From: an uncultured Gammaproteobacteria bacterium | GTDB lineage: Bacteria; Patescibacteriota; Microgenomatia; Daviesbacterales; UBA10151 | Assembly (NCBI GenBank): GCA_964625535.1 | Contig: CAZVEX010000005.1 | Coordinates: 3,477 to 67,476, forward strand | Direction: 5' to 3' | DNA: 64,000 bases | Shown here: positions 1-10,344 of the stretch, piece after piece | How positions within the stretch are numbered: position 1 is the stretch's first letter | Layout of the letters: each line of letters starts with the position of its first letter | Made by a program: the position numbers and the translations under genes | Notes under the pieces: generated by a model | What the model was told of the DNA's origin: nothing | The model's input: the letters and a program-made list of their open reading frames with translations, nothing else | The model's database searches: none

Positions 1-1990
1 ACACCCCATCACCAACTTGTGTTATATCAACAATATTCCATACGACTTCTTTTTTTGACTTCCATGGATCTTCGGTAATAATCTTCTTGGAAATGGTTAC
101 CAATTTTGATCTTAAAACTATATTCCAAAGATTTGTAATAAAACTATCCTTTTGTTGATCATCAGACAAAGAATTATAGTAATCCTTTGTTTTTTGGTTA
201 TCGAGAAAACCCGCTACAAAAGACCAGGAAGATGGAGTATCAGACAAAAATATAGCGACGAGATTAGTGACAGCTTGACCTAGCTGCGCTGGATCATTTA
301 GCTGATTTAGGTTTGAGATACCGCTTGGGAGTATTTCTTCTATTAGAGCTTTAGAAGTCCCTTGAATATCTTTTACTAAATTGGGGTCTGCGGTAATATA
401 CCTATCAAGAAAATCTTCACTTAAGACACCTCTATCCGAAGCACCTGCAAATCCAGAATAATAGAAGAAATTGTCGGGTGAATAATCCAAAGAAAACCTG
501 TCGTTATGGAAAGTTGGCTTAGTTTTTACCAGTTCAAAGAAAAGCGGAGCATTACTCCCAAGCTTTTTATTCATTAGGTTACTTTCCTCACCCGGAGAGT
601 TGCGTAATTGTTCTCTTTCCAATATTGCATAACGTGCTGGTTGCAGAGAATATTCCCTAAATGCTGAGTCGAACTTTTCTTGGATTAATAATACTTTAAC
701 CAACAAATCTGGATGCTCTTTCACTTCTTCCAAATTTTTTTTCAAATTGGAATTATTCTCTTCTTGTGATAAACTTTCCAACCTTGATTTGATAGTCTTC
801 AGGGAAAACAGCAGTAACTCAGTAAATCTATCTACTTCTCTTGGATTTCTATCAAGAAAGCTTATCATCAAGGTTTGTATTTGAGACTTTTGATTATCTT
901 CCAACTCTTCCAGTCGCTCTAAGTTTTTTTCCACTAAAGTCTTCATATAAATTCTATCTGTCGGTGGCACCCTCCAATAAACGTTAAACAACTTCTTGAG
1001 AAATCTCCTACCCTCTAATTCTTCTTCTATCTCGGTTTTTTCTTTATCTATTTCACCTGATTCATCTTTATAAACTAATCTCACATTTAACTGTTTACCA
1101 AGATATCTTTCAATAACTGTATGATCTCCAGTAACTACATAACTTACTTTAGGGTTCCTGAAAAAAGTTTTAAGAGAATCCAGAACAATTTTCACCCCTT
1201 CTGGGGTACAACGATCTAGGTCGTCAACGAAAACTACAACCTTTTTAAAATCATTAAGAATTTTATCAAATAATTCCTCAAACTCATCAACAGAGGTTAC
1301 TTTTATTTGAGAACGCTGTATTTTAATAAATTCTGGGAGCAAAGATAATACACCAAATAAAGATAATATAGCGGCTAAGATTGGGTGACCACTAATAAAT
1401 TTTATTATTTGTTCAGCAATATGTTTAAAAAATTGAAATATATTTATTTCACCAGTGGTAAATATTTTATAAACTGCCAAAAATAACAGAATATCCAAAA
1501 CTATCAAAATAAATAGGACGGCCATATGTTTATTAATTGAAGTCCTGGATTCATCAAATTTAAGGCGGTCTAAGAATCCCAGATTTGAAAAATAGAACTT
1601 GACTCTTCTCAAAATGTTTCTATAAGAGTTAAGAAATGAATTAAGATTATTTAGAAAGGTTCTGCGGAGCGTTTCGGCATTTTCAGTATATTGCCAAGGC
1701 CTAAACCAAATTACAGGGATGCAATTTTGTAACAGCTTTGGTTCTATCCTCTCAAGAAGATCTGTTTTACCTTCTCCCCATTTACCAGAAATAGCAAAAA
1801 TATAGCTATCTTCAAGAACTCCTAGGTTTTTTATTATTTCATCAGCTACATTTTGTGCATGTAGTTCCCTGTCTAAATAGTCTTTCTTTAATTGAAGTTC
1901 TTTATTCCAAGAACCGAGGATTAAATTCTGGCAACCTATAAGCATTTTTTTGCTCCAATAAAACATTCGTTGGGAAAATTTGTTTTTCAT
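1..1990 (-). CDS. KAP-family P-loop NTPase with two transmembrane helices; 3' end outside the window; absent from the ORF track
   Basis: Hand translation from ATG at 1990, which overlaps the hsdM TGA (ATGA): MKNKFSQ...IFAISGKWGEGKT (Walker A), VIWFRPWQY, two hydrophobic segments, VVVFVDDLDRC (KAP Walker B), FLKKLFNVYWRVP, NPREVDRF. Confidence 0.88.
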   Translation of the reverse strand, partial: MKNKFSQRMFYWSKKMLIGCQNLILGSWNKELQLKKDYLDRELHAQNVADEIIKNLGVLEDSYIFAISGKWGEGKTDLLERIEPKLLQNCIPVIWFRPWQYTENAETLRRTFLNNLNSFLNSYRNILRRVKFYFSNLGFLDRLKFDESRTSINKHMAVLFILIVLDILLFLAVYKIFTTGEINIFQFFKHIAEQIIKFISGHPILAAILSLFGVLSLLPEFIKIQRSQIKVTSVDEFEELFDKILNDFKKVVVFVDDLDRCTPEGVKIVLDSLKTFFRNPKVSYVVTGDHTVIERYLGKQLNVRLVYKDESGEIDKEKTEIEEELEGRRFLKKLFNVYWRVPPTDRIYMKTLVEKNLERLEELEDNQKSQIQTLMISFLDRNPREVDRFTELLLFSLKTIKSRLESLSQEENNSNLKKNLEEVKEHPDLLVKVLLIQEKFDSAFREYSLQPARYAILEREQLRNSPGEESNLMNKKLGSNAPLFFELVKTKPTFHNDRFSLDYSPDNFFYYSGFAGASDRGVLSEDFLDRYITADPNLVKDIQGTSKALIEEILPSGISNLNQLNDPAQLGQAVTNLVAIFLSDTPSSWSFVAGFLDNQKTKDYYNSLSDDQQKDSFITNLWNIVLRSKLVTISKKIITEDPWKSKKEVVWNIVDITQVGDGV

Positions 1991-3522
1991 TCTCTTTTAC
2001 CTCCTAAGTATTTCTTTATTATATTTTTTTGACTTTCTAGTTCGATATCTAATTTAGTAAGTTCTTCCAAAATCTCCTTTGGGTCTCTGTGATTTTCCTC
2101 GTTTCCAGATCCTGCCGGTTTATAAGCACTGGCGGAGAGGATATAGTCATTTTCCTCTATGATCTTCCGATCTGCCCACCAGTCCTTCTCTGAGGCTTCG
2201 GACTGCGAAGCAGCATTTTTCTTTATTTCTTCCCAGCGCTCCAGAAGATGTGGCAAATCATTTTTATCCGGCTGGGGCCTTCTTTGAGTACCTTTAGAGT
2301 ACCCATCATTTTCTACCTCATAAAACCAAACTTTTTCTGTTGGTTTTCCGGTATTTTTGAATATTAAAAAGCTGGTTTTTACTCCGGCATAGGGATTAAA
2401 AACTCCCTGCGGCAAAGATACAACTGCCTGCAACTGCGTTTTATCCAAAATATATTTTCTAATTGCCATACTTGCTTTATTTCTTCCAAAAAGCACCCCT
2501 TCATTTACAATTACCCCGCAAGTTCCATTTGGTTTTAGCGCGTCAACCATTAAGCCTAAAAACAATACTGTCGAATCTTTTGCTTGAATTGGCAGTATTT
2601 GACGCAGTCTTTCAAGCGCAATATCTTTACTGGAAAATGGGGGATTGGCTAAAACAACATCAAAACTCATTGTTTCAAACGGGTCAGATACGCCGGCCAG
2701 TGAATCTCTTCTATAAACATGACTTGCATCCAGCCCATGTAAAACCATGTTCATTAGAGCAATTTTGGAAATATCAGGGGAAACATCAAAACCGTAAAAT
2801 GTATCTTTTTGCAGTTTATCCCAATCTGCCTCAGATAAATTATCGCCGTGTCCTTTAAGGTATTTAGATCCATTTTCGGCTGTTGCCTCTGCCGGTTTTT
2901 CTGAATTATTAGCTTTGATATGCTCATATGCGGCGATTAAAAATCCTGCTGTTCCGCAAGCCGGATCAAGAATAGTTTGGCCTATTTTGGGATCGACAAG
3001 TTGAACAATAGTCCGGATGATGTGACGCGGCGTTCTAAATTGGCCGTTTCTTCCCGATGTTGCCAGCTTCCCGACTAAATGCTCATAAGCGTCTCCTTTA
3101 ATGTCTGTATCTATTTGCGAAAAGTTTATGGGGCTTATTAAATCCACAACTTCACGAAGAGTGATCGCATCCGGAATCATGAAACGAACATCTCTAAAAA
3201 AACGTTTTACGTCTTCGTGGTCTTGAAGTCCTACCATAAAGACTAATACCTCATCACGAACGAATTTAAACATCTCCTCATTGTTAGGAATTTGGGACCA
3301 GGTTGAGAAACGGAATTTCTCATTATCCCCGAGAAAAATAGAATTAAATTTTTTATCGGAGATTTTTGACGCCTGCACCTTATCATCATCCCATTCCTCA
3401 AGCATTTTAAGAAAAAATAAAAAGCTAATTTGTTCTATATAACTGACAGGATTTGTCACTCCCGCGCCATTAAATTTATTAGCCAATTTATCTACAATAT
3501 TTAGAAATTCCTGTTTTGTCAT
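1987..3522 (-). CDS. hsdM: Type I restriction-modification N6-adenine methyltransferase subunit M
   Basis: GQFRTP, DPACGTAGFL (motif I), NPPF (motif IV), N-terminal HsdM helical domain; coupled to hsdR. Confidence 0.95.
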   Translation of the reverse strand: MTKQEFLNIVDKLANKFNGAGVTNPVSYIEQISFLFFLKMLEEWDDDKVQASKISDKKFNSIFLGDNEKFRFSTWSQIPNNEEMFKFVRDEVLVFMVGLQDHEDVKRFFRDVRFMIPDAITLREVVDLISPINFSQIDTDIKGDAYEHLVGKLATSGRNGQFRTPRHIIRTIVQLVDPKIGQTILDPACGTAGFLIAAYEHIKANNSEKPAEATAENGSKYLKGHGDNLSEADWDKLQKDTFYGFDVSPDISKIALMNMVLHGLDASHVYRRDSLAGVSDPFETMSFDVVLANPPFSSKDIALERLRQILPIQAKDSTVLFLGLMVDALKPNGTCGVIVNEGVLFGRNKASMAIRKYILDKTQLQAVVSLPQGVFNPYAGVKTSFLIFKNTGKPTEKVWFYEVENDGYSKGTQRRPQPDKNDLPHLLERWEEIKKNAASQSEASEKDWWADRKIIEENDYILSASAYKPAGSGNEENHRDPKEILEELTKLDIELESQKNIIKKYLGGKRE

Positions 3523-5747
3523 ATCAGTACGGTTTGATTCATCTCATCTAAGGCATTTTTTAAGCCCTGCTCGCCAAAAAGGGCAACTGCTTTTTGTATT
3601 CCGCCCTGTTCCCGAAGCGGGGGTTTGGTAAAATCTTCTGCCGTAACCTCTATATCTCCTGCCACAAATCTATTTTTAAGTTGTGATAAAAGCATTATTT
3701 GTTCAATGCTAAAATCTTTTTGTCTAAGCCATGAATCAAAATTTTTATTTACTCTTTCTTTTTTGGTGGGAAAAGTATATCTGCCTAAAGCTGCTTTAAT
3801 AAAATCAGCCAGTGATCCTGAAGGCTGATTGTATGCTTCTTTTAAGTTGTCTTCATTAAAGTAATCTTTAGGGCTATTTAATTTATCTGCTAATTTTTCT
3901 AACTCTTCTTGCTCCAGCTCTTTATCAGATAGGATTTTTTGAACCGTTTGATCCTCCTCCATTTTTTCTATAGTTTTCTCAAACTTTTGTGTATAGTTTT
4001 GGCGGTCTACAGCCATTCCTTCCGGGCCAATATAAATCATCTGCCTGCTTTGCATTTCATCAGACAGCTCATGTTCTTTAACTACTATAAATTCTTTTTT
4101 GTGCTTTGCTTCTTCCTCCTCAATTTTTTGAGCAAGTTCTCTTGGAAGAGCTTTTTCTCCGGGGACGGCATTTTCCAGCATCGGATCATTAAAACGCTCT
4201 GCATTTCCCACAAAATCATAAATTAAAAATGACTCCTTATTTATGCTTTTGTCTTTTCTTGAACCTCTGCCCCGCATTTGCTGGTATAAAACTACCGAAG
4301 CGGTCGGGCGCATCATTACTAAATTCTCAATGCTTGGCGCGTCAATACCGGTATCAAGCATGCCAACTGAAATTAAACAAACCGGAAATTGCTGTTTTTT
4401 AAAATCTTTTAGAATTTGTCCCGGGTTTGGAGTATCGGAAGTTATAACCTGGGCAAAGTTCCCCCGATACTCTGAAAAAACTTCATCAAAAAACCTTTTG
4501 AGCTGGGCGGCATGATTCTTGGTAACTGCAAAAAGAAGAGTTTTTCTAAGATGATCGCCTTTGCGTTGTTTTTCCATTTCTGCAAACTCCTGCACCATCA
4601 GCTTATTTCTGGATTCAATGGTAATAGTTCGCTCAAGCTCCGAGGGTTTATAGTCTACGCCATCGTAATGCACACCTTCTACCGTAATCCTGGATTTTGC
4701 TAGGTAAATTTGATAACTAGCTAGCCAGCCATCTTTTATAGCCTCTACTATACCATAGGCAAATGTAGGTTCCCCACTTTTGGTAGCATGATTCCAGCAT
4801 TTGTAAAATTCATAAGTGTTTCTGACTAATCTTTTTTCCTTCTCATTAACAAACTCATAGTGACCTAAATTTGGAGTGGCAGTCATGCCTATTTGCAGAG
4901 CGTCAAAGTGATTTAGTAAATCTCGGTAAACATTATAAATTGAGCGGTGACACTCATCAGTCACCACCAGATCAAAATGACCCGGACCAAAACGCTCAAG
5001 TTGGGAAGCAATAGTAGGCAGGGTTCCGATAACAATTTGGCCTAATTCTTTTGGCTTGCCCCCATACCAAACCTTTGAGGGTGTATCTTTTAAATACTCT
5101 GCAAAAACATCCTTTGCTTGTTCGGCAAGTTGCTTGCGGTCAACCAGAAACAAAACTCTTTGAATTAAACCTGCCTCAAATAAGCGCTTCATAGTCATGG
5201 CTATGGTAAGTGTTTTACCGGTGCCGGTTGCCATTTCAATTAAAATTCTTCTCTTGCCATTTTCTATAGCCTTATCTACAGCTTCCATGGCTTCATTTTG
5301 ATAAGGTCTAACTGTTATTTCTTCATTTAGGTAATTAAATTTAGACGGAAATTGTATTTGACTTAGAGGCTTGGTATTTTTTTGAAGGGTATTTCTTCTT
5401 TGCAAATCTTCTCTTGAGTAAAATGAATCTACAAGTCTGGCCGCGTCGTTTTTATAATCCCAAAAATATATAATTTCTCCATTGGAGAGAAAAATATAAG
5501 GAGCACTAATAGACTCTGCGTATTCTTTTGCTTGCTGTTGAGCTAAATTGGGTTCTATTGAAAATCTTTTTGCTTCAATAACTGCCAAAGGGCGGCCTTG
5601 ACTGTCTTTTAATAAATAGTCTGCTCTACCATCGGCGGCTGCTTCTTCTGTTGAGACTTGAGTTTTATCTTCAATATCCCAACCGGCTTCACGAAGAAGC
5701 CTATCTATAACTATACGGGCGTCTGTCTCTGGTCTTTTATCACTCAT
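3519..5747 (-). CDS. hsdR: Type I restriction endonuclease subunit R (EcoEI/EcoAI-like)
   Basis: ADY...IEAK nuclease motif, MATGTGKT, DECHRS, MTATP, MLDTGIDAP, QMRGRGSR helicase motifs, EcoEI-R-like C-terminus. Confidence 0.93.
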   Translation of the reverse strand: MSDKRPETDARIVIDRLLREAGWDIEDKTQVSTEEAAADGRADYLLKDSQGRPLAVIEAKRFSIEPNLAQQQAKEYAESISAPYIFLSNGEIIYFWDYKNDAARLVDSFYSREDLQRRNTLQKNTKPLSQIQFPSKFNYLNEEITVRPYQNEAMEAVDKAIENGKRRILIEMATGTGKTLTIAMTMKRLFEAGLIQRVLFLVDRKQLAEQAKDVFAEYLKDTPSKVWYGGKPKELGQIVIGTLPTIASQLERFGPGHFDLVVTDECHRSIYNVYRDLLNHFDALQIGMTATPNLGHYEFVNEKEKRLVRNTYEFYKCWNHATKSGEPTFAYGIVEAIKDGWLASYQIYLAKSRITVEGVHYDGVDYKPSELERTITIESRNKLMVQEFAEMEKQRKGDHLRKTLLFAVTKNHAAQLKRFFDEVFSEYRGNFAQVITSDTPNPGQILKDFKKQQFPVCLISVGMLDTGIDAPSIENLVMMRPTASVVLYQQMRGRGSRKDKSINKESFLIYDFVGNAERFNDPMLENAVPGEKALPRELAQKIEEEEAKHKKEFIVVKEHELSDEMQSRQMIYIGPEGMAVDRQNYTQKFEKTIEKMEEDQTVQKILSDKELEQEELEKLADKLNSPKDYFNEDNLKEAYNQPSGSLADFIKAALGRYTFPTKKERVNKNFDSWLRQKDFSIEQIMLLSQLKNRFVAGDIEVTAEDFTKPPLREQGGIQKAVALFGEQGLKNALDEMNQTVLI

Positions 5748-5768
5748 ATTTTCTTCCCATATTAAACC

Positions 5769-7178
5769 ATGCTTCGATTCCTCAGCACAAGTACCTCAGA
5801 GGAGTTGATAAGAAATAACATTCCTTGTACCATACTTCCAGTGACTAAAAATTTTGCCGTTTTAAAATATTGTTTAATGCTTTTTTTGGGCTGGAGAATG
5901 GCTTTGCTTTTTATTGCCTATTTTGGCCTGTCCACCTTTCCCAGCCGCAACGGGCTGACAGATGAACTTTTTTTGCCCTCTGGGGATATTAGCTACTGGT
6001 TTCGCTGGTCCAACTGGGACGGGGGGCATTTCCGGGGGATTGCCGAAAACGGCTATTTGCCAGATCAAACCGTCTTTTTTCCCTTATACCCGCTGTTGAT
6101 TAAAATCTTAAACTTGACTGGTTTTGATGCCACTTGGGCCGGCCTGGCGATTTCTCATATATCTTTGATTTTTGCTTTATTTTTCCTTTATAAACTTACT
6201 GCTTTGGATTTTACAGAAGCGGTGGCCCGCCGGAGTGTTTTTGCCCTTTTGATTTTCCCCACTTCTTTTTATTTGGGAACTCTGTATTCTGAAAGCCTAT
6301 TTTTGGCCAGCACCCTGGCTGCTTTTTACTATCTCCGGACCAACAGAGCTCAACTGGGGGGAATGTTTGCTGCCGCCTCGGTGGCTACCAGACTGGCAGG
6401 GGTAGCTAGCTTTGCCGGTTTGCTGGGAGAGCGTCTGTTAAAACAAGGTGAAAATTTTAGTATTTCTCTACTTTGGAAAACCAAATTAAGACGATGGCTT
6501 TTGTGTTTGATGGCTTTATCTATTATCCTAAAATTGATTACAAAATTTACTCTTTTTTTAAAGTTCCTTTTAGTGCAGGGTTTGCTAAATTACCTATTCC
6601 AAATCACTACTTCAGCAATCCTTTTTACCTTGGTTCTGGTAGTGCTAGAATTTCTCCTTAAAAATGTCCATTTAAAAAAACTGTTCTCCTTAAAAACCTT
6701 GATCATTACCCTATCTCTTTTACCTATTCCTTTATATATGTTTTACCAGCAAGTTCTTTTTCAAAATCCTTTTGGATTTTTGACTAACGAGAGCGGGTGG
6801 AATAGACATTTTTCCCTGCCCTGGGAGCCGGTTTTAGGGTATTTAAATTATTTACAGTCAGTGGGTATTTTCCGGATAGGCAATTCAGCCGGGGTTTTGA
6901 CAGAACTGATCTTTTTTATGGGCGGCCTGGTGGGGTTAATCTTCTCCCTTTACAAATTAAGGCCGGCTTATTCTCTCTTTTATGCCTTGTCTTTAATTTT
7001 GCCTGCTTTTTCCGGCACCTTGATTGCCATGCCCAGATATATGCTGACTATTTTCCCTATTTTTATACTTTTGGGGCTGATTGAAAACGAAATCTTACAA
7101 AAAATAGGCATTATTTTTTCCCTGCTTTTGCTTTCCGCCTACACCATGCTTTTCATGGGCTGGTACTGGGTAAGTTAG
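5769..7178 (+). CDS. Membrane mannosyltransferase-like glycosyltransferase (PIG-V / GT-C fold); true start may be GTG 5841
   Basis: WDGGHF..IA..GY, FFPLYP, FPTSFY...YSESLF and PRY motifs; multipass hydrophobic. Confidence 0.8.
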   Translation: MLRFLSTSTSEELIRNNIPCTILPVTKNFAVLKYCLMLFLGWRMALLFIAYFGLSTFPSRNGLTDELFLPSGDISYWFRWSNWDGGHFRGIAENGYLPDQTVFFPLYPLLIKILNLTGFDATWAGLAISHISLIFALFFLYKLTALDFTEAVARRSVFALLIFPTSFYLGTLYSESLFLASTLAAFYYLRTNRAQLGGMFAAASVATRLAGVASFAGLLGERLLKQGENFSISLLWKTKLRRWLLCLMALSIILKLITKFTLFLKFLLVQGLLNYLFQITTSAILFTLVLVVLEFLLKNVHLKKLFSLKTLIITLSLLPIPLYMFYQQVLFQNPFGFLTNESGWNRHFSLPWEPVLGYLNYLQSVGIFRIGNSAGVLTELIFFMGGLVGLIFSLYKLRPAYSLFYALSLILPAFSGTLIAMPRYMLTIFPIFILLGLIENEILQKIGIIFSLLLLSAYTMLFMGWYWVS

Positions 7179-7183
7179 AACTT

Positions 7184-8182
7184 ATGATAATATTGGGAAT
7201 TGAAACTACCTGTGACGAGACAGGGGCTGCTGTCTTGCAGCAAAAAAATGACAGGATACAAATTTTATCTAATGTGGTGGCATCTTCTGCCTCTTTGCAA
7301 GCCAAATATGGCGGGATAATTCCCGAGCAGGCAGCCAGGGAACAAATAAAAAGTATTATTCCAGTTATTCAAGAAGCAATTGAAAATTGTAAATTAAAAA
7401 TTGAAAATTTAGACGCTATTAGCGTCTCTCATGGTCCGGGATTGATTGGATCGCTCCTGGTGGGAGTGGAAACAGCCAAAACTTTGGCCTTAGTATGGAA
7501 TAAACCCCTTATACCGGTTAATCATTTAATCGGACATTTTTATGCAAATTGGATTGGTCGATCTTCGCCCAAATTCCCCTGTATTGGTCTTCTGGTTTCC
7601 GGTGGCCACACTGATTTAGTTTTGTTCCAAAATCATGGTAAATATAAATATTTAGGAGGAACCCGGGATGATGCGGCAGGGGAATGTTTTGACAAATGCG
7701 CCCGGCTTTTGCGTTTGCCTTACCCGGGTGGGCCGGAAATTAGCAAATTAGCTGAAAAAGGATCTGATATTTATAAATTACCAAGGCCAATGATGGATTC
7801 GGGGGACTTTGATTTTTCCTTTTCCGGATTAAAAACTGCAGTAGCTAATCTCATTCAGAATTCAGAATTCAGAATTCAGAATTTGGCTGCGAGTATTGAA
7901 GCTGCTATTGTTGATGTTTTAGTTGCAAAAACTATCCTGGCTGGCCAAAAATATCAAGTTGAACAAATTATGGTGGCAGGCGGCGTTGCAGCAAATCAGA
8001 AACTAGTTTGTGAATTGAAATTGAAAATTGAAAATTTAAAATTGAAAATTACATTGCATGTGCCGTCTGCACATTTATGTACCGACAATGCTGCCATGAT
8101 TGCTGCCGCGGCATTTTTTATAGAACCAATTTCTGACCCTTTGAAACTCCAAGCCGATCCCAGTCTTGCGCTCAAGTATTAA
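7184..8182 (+). CDS. tsaD: tRNA N6-adenosine threonylcarbamoyltransferase
   Basis: LGIETTCDET, GPGLIGSL, NHLIGH, SGGHT, DDAAGECFDK, FSFSGLKT, DNAAMIA. Confidence 0.97.
   Translation: MIILGIETTCDETGAAVLQQKNDRIQILSNVVASSASLQAKYGGIIPEQAAREQIKSIIPVIQEAIENCKLKIENLDAISVSHGPGLIGSLLVGVETAKTLALVWNKPLIPVNHLIGHFYANWIGRSSPKFPCIGLLVSGGHTDLVLFQNHGKYKYLGGTRDDAAGECFDKCARLLRLPYPGGPEISKLAEKGSDIYKLPRPMMDSGDFDFSFSGLKTAVANLIQNSEFRIQNLAASIEAAIVDVLVAKTILAGQKYQVEQIMVAGGVAANQKLVCELKLKIENLKLKITLHVPSAHLCTDNAAMIAAAAFFIEPISDPLKLQADPSLALKY
7378..7410 (+). repeat. In-frame 7-bp tandem tract in tsaD (AATTGAA AATTGTA AATTAAA AATTGAA)
   Basis: Read directly; encodes IENCKLKIENL. Confidence 0.85.
7853..7883 (+). repeat. In-frame (ATTCAGA)x4 tract in tsaD
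   Basis: Four perfect heptamers; encodes IQNSEFRIQN. Confidence 0.92.
8013..8050 (+). repeat. In-frame AATTGAA-type heptamer tract in tsaD
   Basis: Encodes ELKLKIENLKLKI. Confidence 0.85.
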
Positions 8183-8203
8183 AGCCAATATACTTAACCC
8201 CAT

Positions 8204-10312
8204 ATGGACAAACAGTATAATCATCAGGGAGTTGAAGAAAAATGGTACAAGTTTTGGGAGGAACAGGGCCTTTTTAAGGCCGAGCCCCAATCAAGCAAAA
8301 AACCATATTCCCTTCTTGTTCCCCCACCCAATTTAACAGGAGAGCTGCATTTGGGCCACGCCATGCAACATTCCATTATGGACGCCATTGCCCGCTTTAA
8401 AAGAATGCAAGGATATGACGTTCTGCTCCTCCCCGGAGTTGACCATGCCGGTATTGCCTTTGAAAGTACGTTAGATAAAATTCTTACCAAAGAAGGGTTA
8501 TTCAAACAAAAACTTGGCCGAGATAAATGGTTAGAACGAGCGTGGAAATTTAAGACGCAAGTTTATCAATCATTTCATCGCACATGGACAGTTTTTGGAT
8601 TATCGGCCGACTGGTCAAAAGAAGTTTTTACACTTGAGCCCAAGGTGCAAAAGGCGGTTTTTGCCCAGTTTCAAGCTTTCTGGGATCAAGATCTACTTTA
8701 TAAAGGCGCCTATATTGTCCAGTGGTGCCCTAAATGCAACACAGCGATTGAAGACATTGAGATGGAATATGACGAGCGAAAAGAAAAATTGTATTTTCTC
8801 AAATATGGTCCCCTCACTCTCGCCACGGCCAGGCCCGAAACAAAATTCGGTGACACGGCCATGGCAGTTAACCCAAAGGATAAAAGATACAAAGATTACG
8901 TCGGCAAAGAATTTGAAATAGAAACACTGGCGGGCAAGAAAAAAATGAGGGTGGTGGCTGATGAGGCAGTGGATCCCAAATTCGGCACCGGGGTGATCAA
9001 GGTGACACCGGGTCATGATTTTACCGATTATGAAATCGGCAAGCGCCATAATCTGCCAATTCTGCAAGCGATTGATAAAAACGGCAAGCTGACGGATTTG
9101 GCCGGAAAATATGCCGGTATGAAAGTTTACGAAGCAAGGGAGGCCATGCTGCCGGAGCTTAAGAAAAAAGGGGTTTTAGTAAAAGAAGAAGATTATACTC
9201 ATTCGGTGGCAGTTTGCGAAAGATGTAAAAGTGTCGTTGAACCCTTAATTTCCGAGGAATGGTTTGTCAAAATGGCGCCTTTGGCCCAAAAAGCTTTGAA
9301 AAATATCAAAAAAGTTAATTTTGTGCCCAAAAATTATTTAAAAATTTTAACGACTTGGATTAAAAATATTCACGACTGGTCAATTTCCCGTTCTCTTTGG
9401 TGGGGACATCGCATCCCTGTCTGGTATTGCCAAAAATGCAATCCTCATCATTTAGTAGGTAAGGATAAAGATATGGTAGTTTCAATGGATGAACCGGGTA
9501 AAAATTGCCAGACTTGCGGGCAAAAACATTGGGTCCAGGACCAACAAGTTCTGGATACCTGGTTTTCTTCAGGTATGTGGCCTTTATCTACTTTAGGCTG
9601 GCCTAATGAAACTAAAGAGCTTAAAAAATATTATCCCTGGGATTTTGAAACCTCTGCTCCGGAAATCAAATTTTTATGGATTGCCAGAATGATCATGTTG
9701 GGACTCTGGTTTGCCAGTGACATTCCTTTTAAAAATATGTTTTTCCATGGCATGTTACGGGATTTGCAAGGCAGAAAATTTTCCAAATCCCTGGGTAACG
9801 GCATTGATCCCAATGAATTGAGAAATCAATGGGGTACTGATGCCACCCGCATGGCTTTATACACTTATGCCATTCCTGGACGGGACGGCCGGGCCTCCCG
9901 GGAGACCATGGATGAGCGGTGTAAAAACTTCCGCAATTTTGCCACCAAGCTGTGGAACATCACCAGATTTATCTTAGCCTCGCAAGGCCCGACCTTGCGA
10001 ACTAAAAATGCCGATGATCAATGGATCAAGGATGAGCTTAATAAAACCATTAAATCTGTTACCAATAATCTGGAGGGATTTAAACTGCATCTGGCCAGCG
10101 AAGCTTTATATGATTTTATTTGGCACAAATTTGCAGATCAATATATTGAAAAATCAAAAACCCGCCGAGCCGAAGCTCAATCCACTTTAGAATATATTTT
10201 CAAAACCAGCCTGGAACTCTTGCATCCCTTTATGCCTTTTATTACAGAGGAATTATGGCAACACCTACCTCATCAGGGAAAATCAATTATGACTGCCAAA
10301 TGGCCTTCTTAA
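8204..10312 (+). CDS. valS: Valine--tRNA ligase, short form
   Basis: PPPNLTGELHLGH (HIGH), DWSISRSLWWGHRIP, VLDTWFSS, KFSKS (KMSKS variant), HPFMPFITEELW; ends without the C-terminal coiled-coil arm. Confidence 0.96.
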   Translation: MDKQYNHQGVEEKWYKFWEEQGLFKAEPQSSKKPYSLLVPPPNLTGELHLGHAMQHSIMDAIARFKRMQGYDVLLLPGVDHAGIAFESTLDKILTKEGLFKQKLGRDKWLERAWKFKTQVYQSFHRTWTVFGLSADWSKEVFTLEPKVQKAVFAQFQAFWDQDLLYKGAYIVQWCPKCNTAIEDIEMEYDERKEKLYFLKYGPLTLATARPETKFGDTAMAVNPKDKRYKDYVGKEFEIETLAGKKKMRVVADEAVDPKFGTGVIKVTPGHDFTDYEIGKRHNLPILQAIDKNGKLTDLAGKYAGMKVYEAREAMLPELKKKGVLVKEEDYTHSVAVCERCKSVVEPLISEEWFVKMAPLAQKALKNIKKVNFVPKNYLKILTTWIKNIHDWSISRSLWWGHRIPVWYCQKCNPHHLVGKDKDMVVSMDEPGKNCQTCGQKHWVQDQQVLDTWFSSGMWPLSTLGWPNETKELKKYYPWDFETSAPEIKFLWIARMIMLGLWFASDIPFKNMFFHGMLRDLQGRKFSKSLGNGIDPNELRNQWGTDATRMALYTYAIPGRDGRASRETMDERCKNFRNFATKLWNITRFILASQGPTLRTKNADDQWIKDELNKTIKSVTNNLEGFKLHLASEALYDFIWHKFADQYIEKSKTRRAEAQSTLEYIFKTSLELLHPFMPFITEELWQHLPHQGKSIMTAKWPS
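9980..10000. repeat. REP-like palindrome TCGCAAGG-CCCGA-CCTTGCGA, in frame in valS
   Basis: Perfect 8-bp arms; encodes SQGPTLR in a linker. Confidence 0.6.
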
Positions 10313-10344
10313 GCAACTGACTTGCCAAAATTGAAAGGTTAAGT

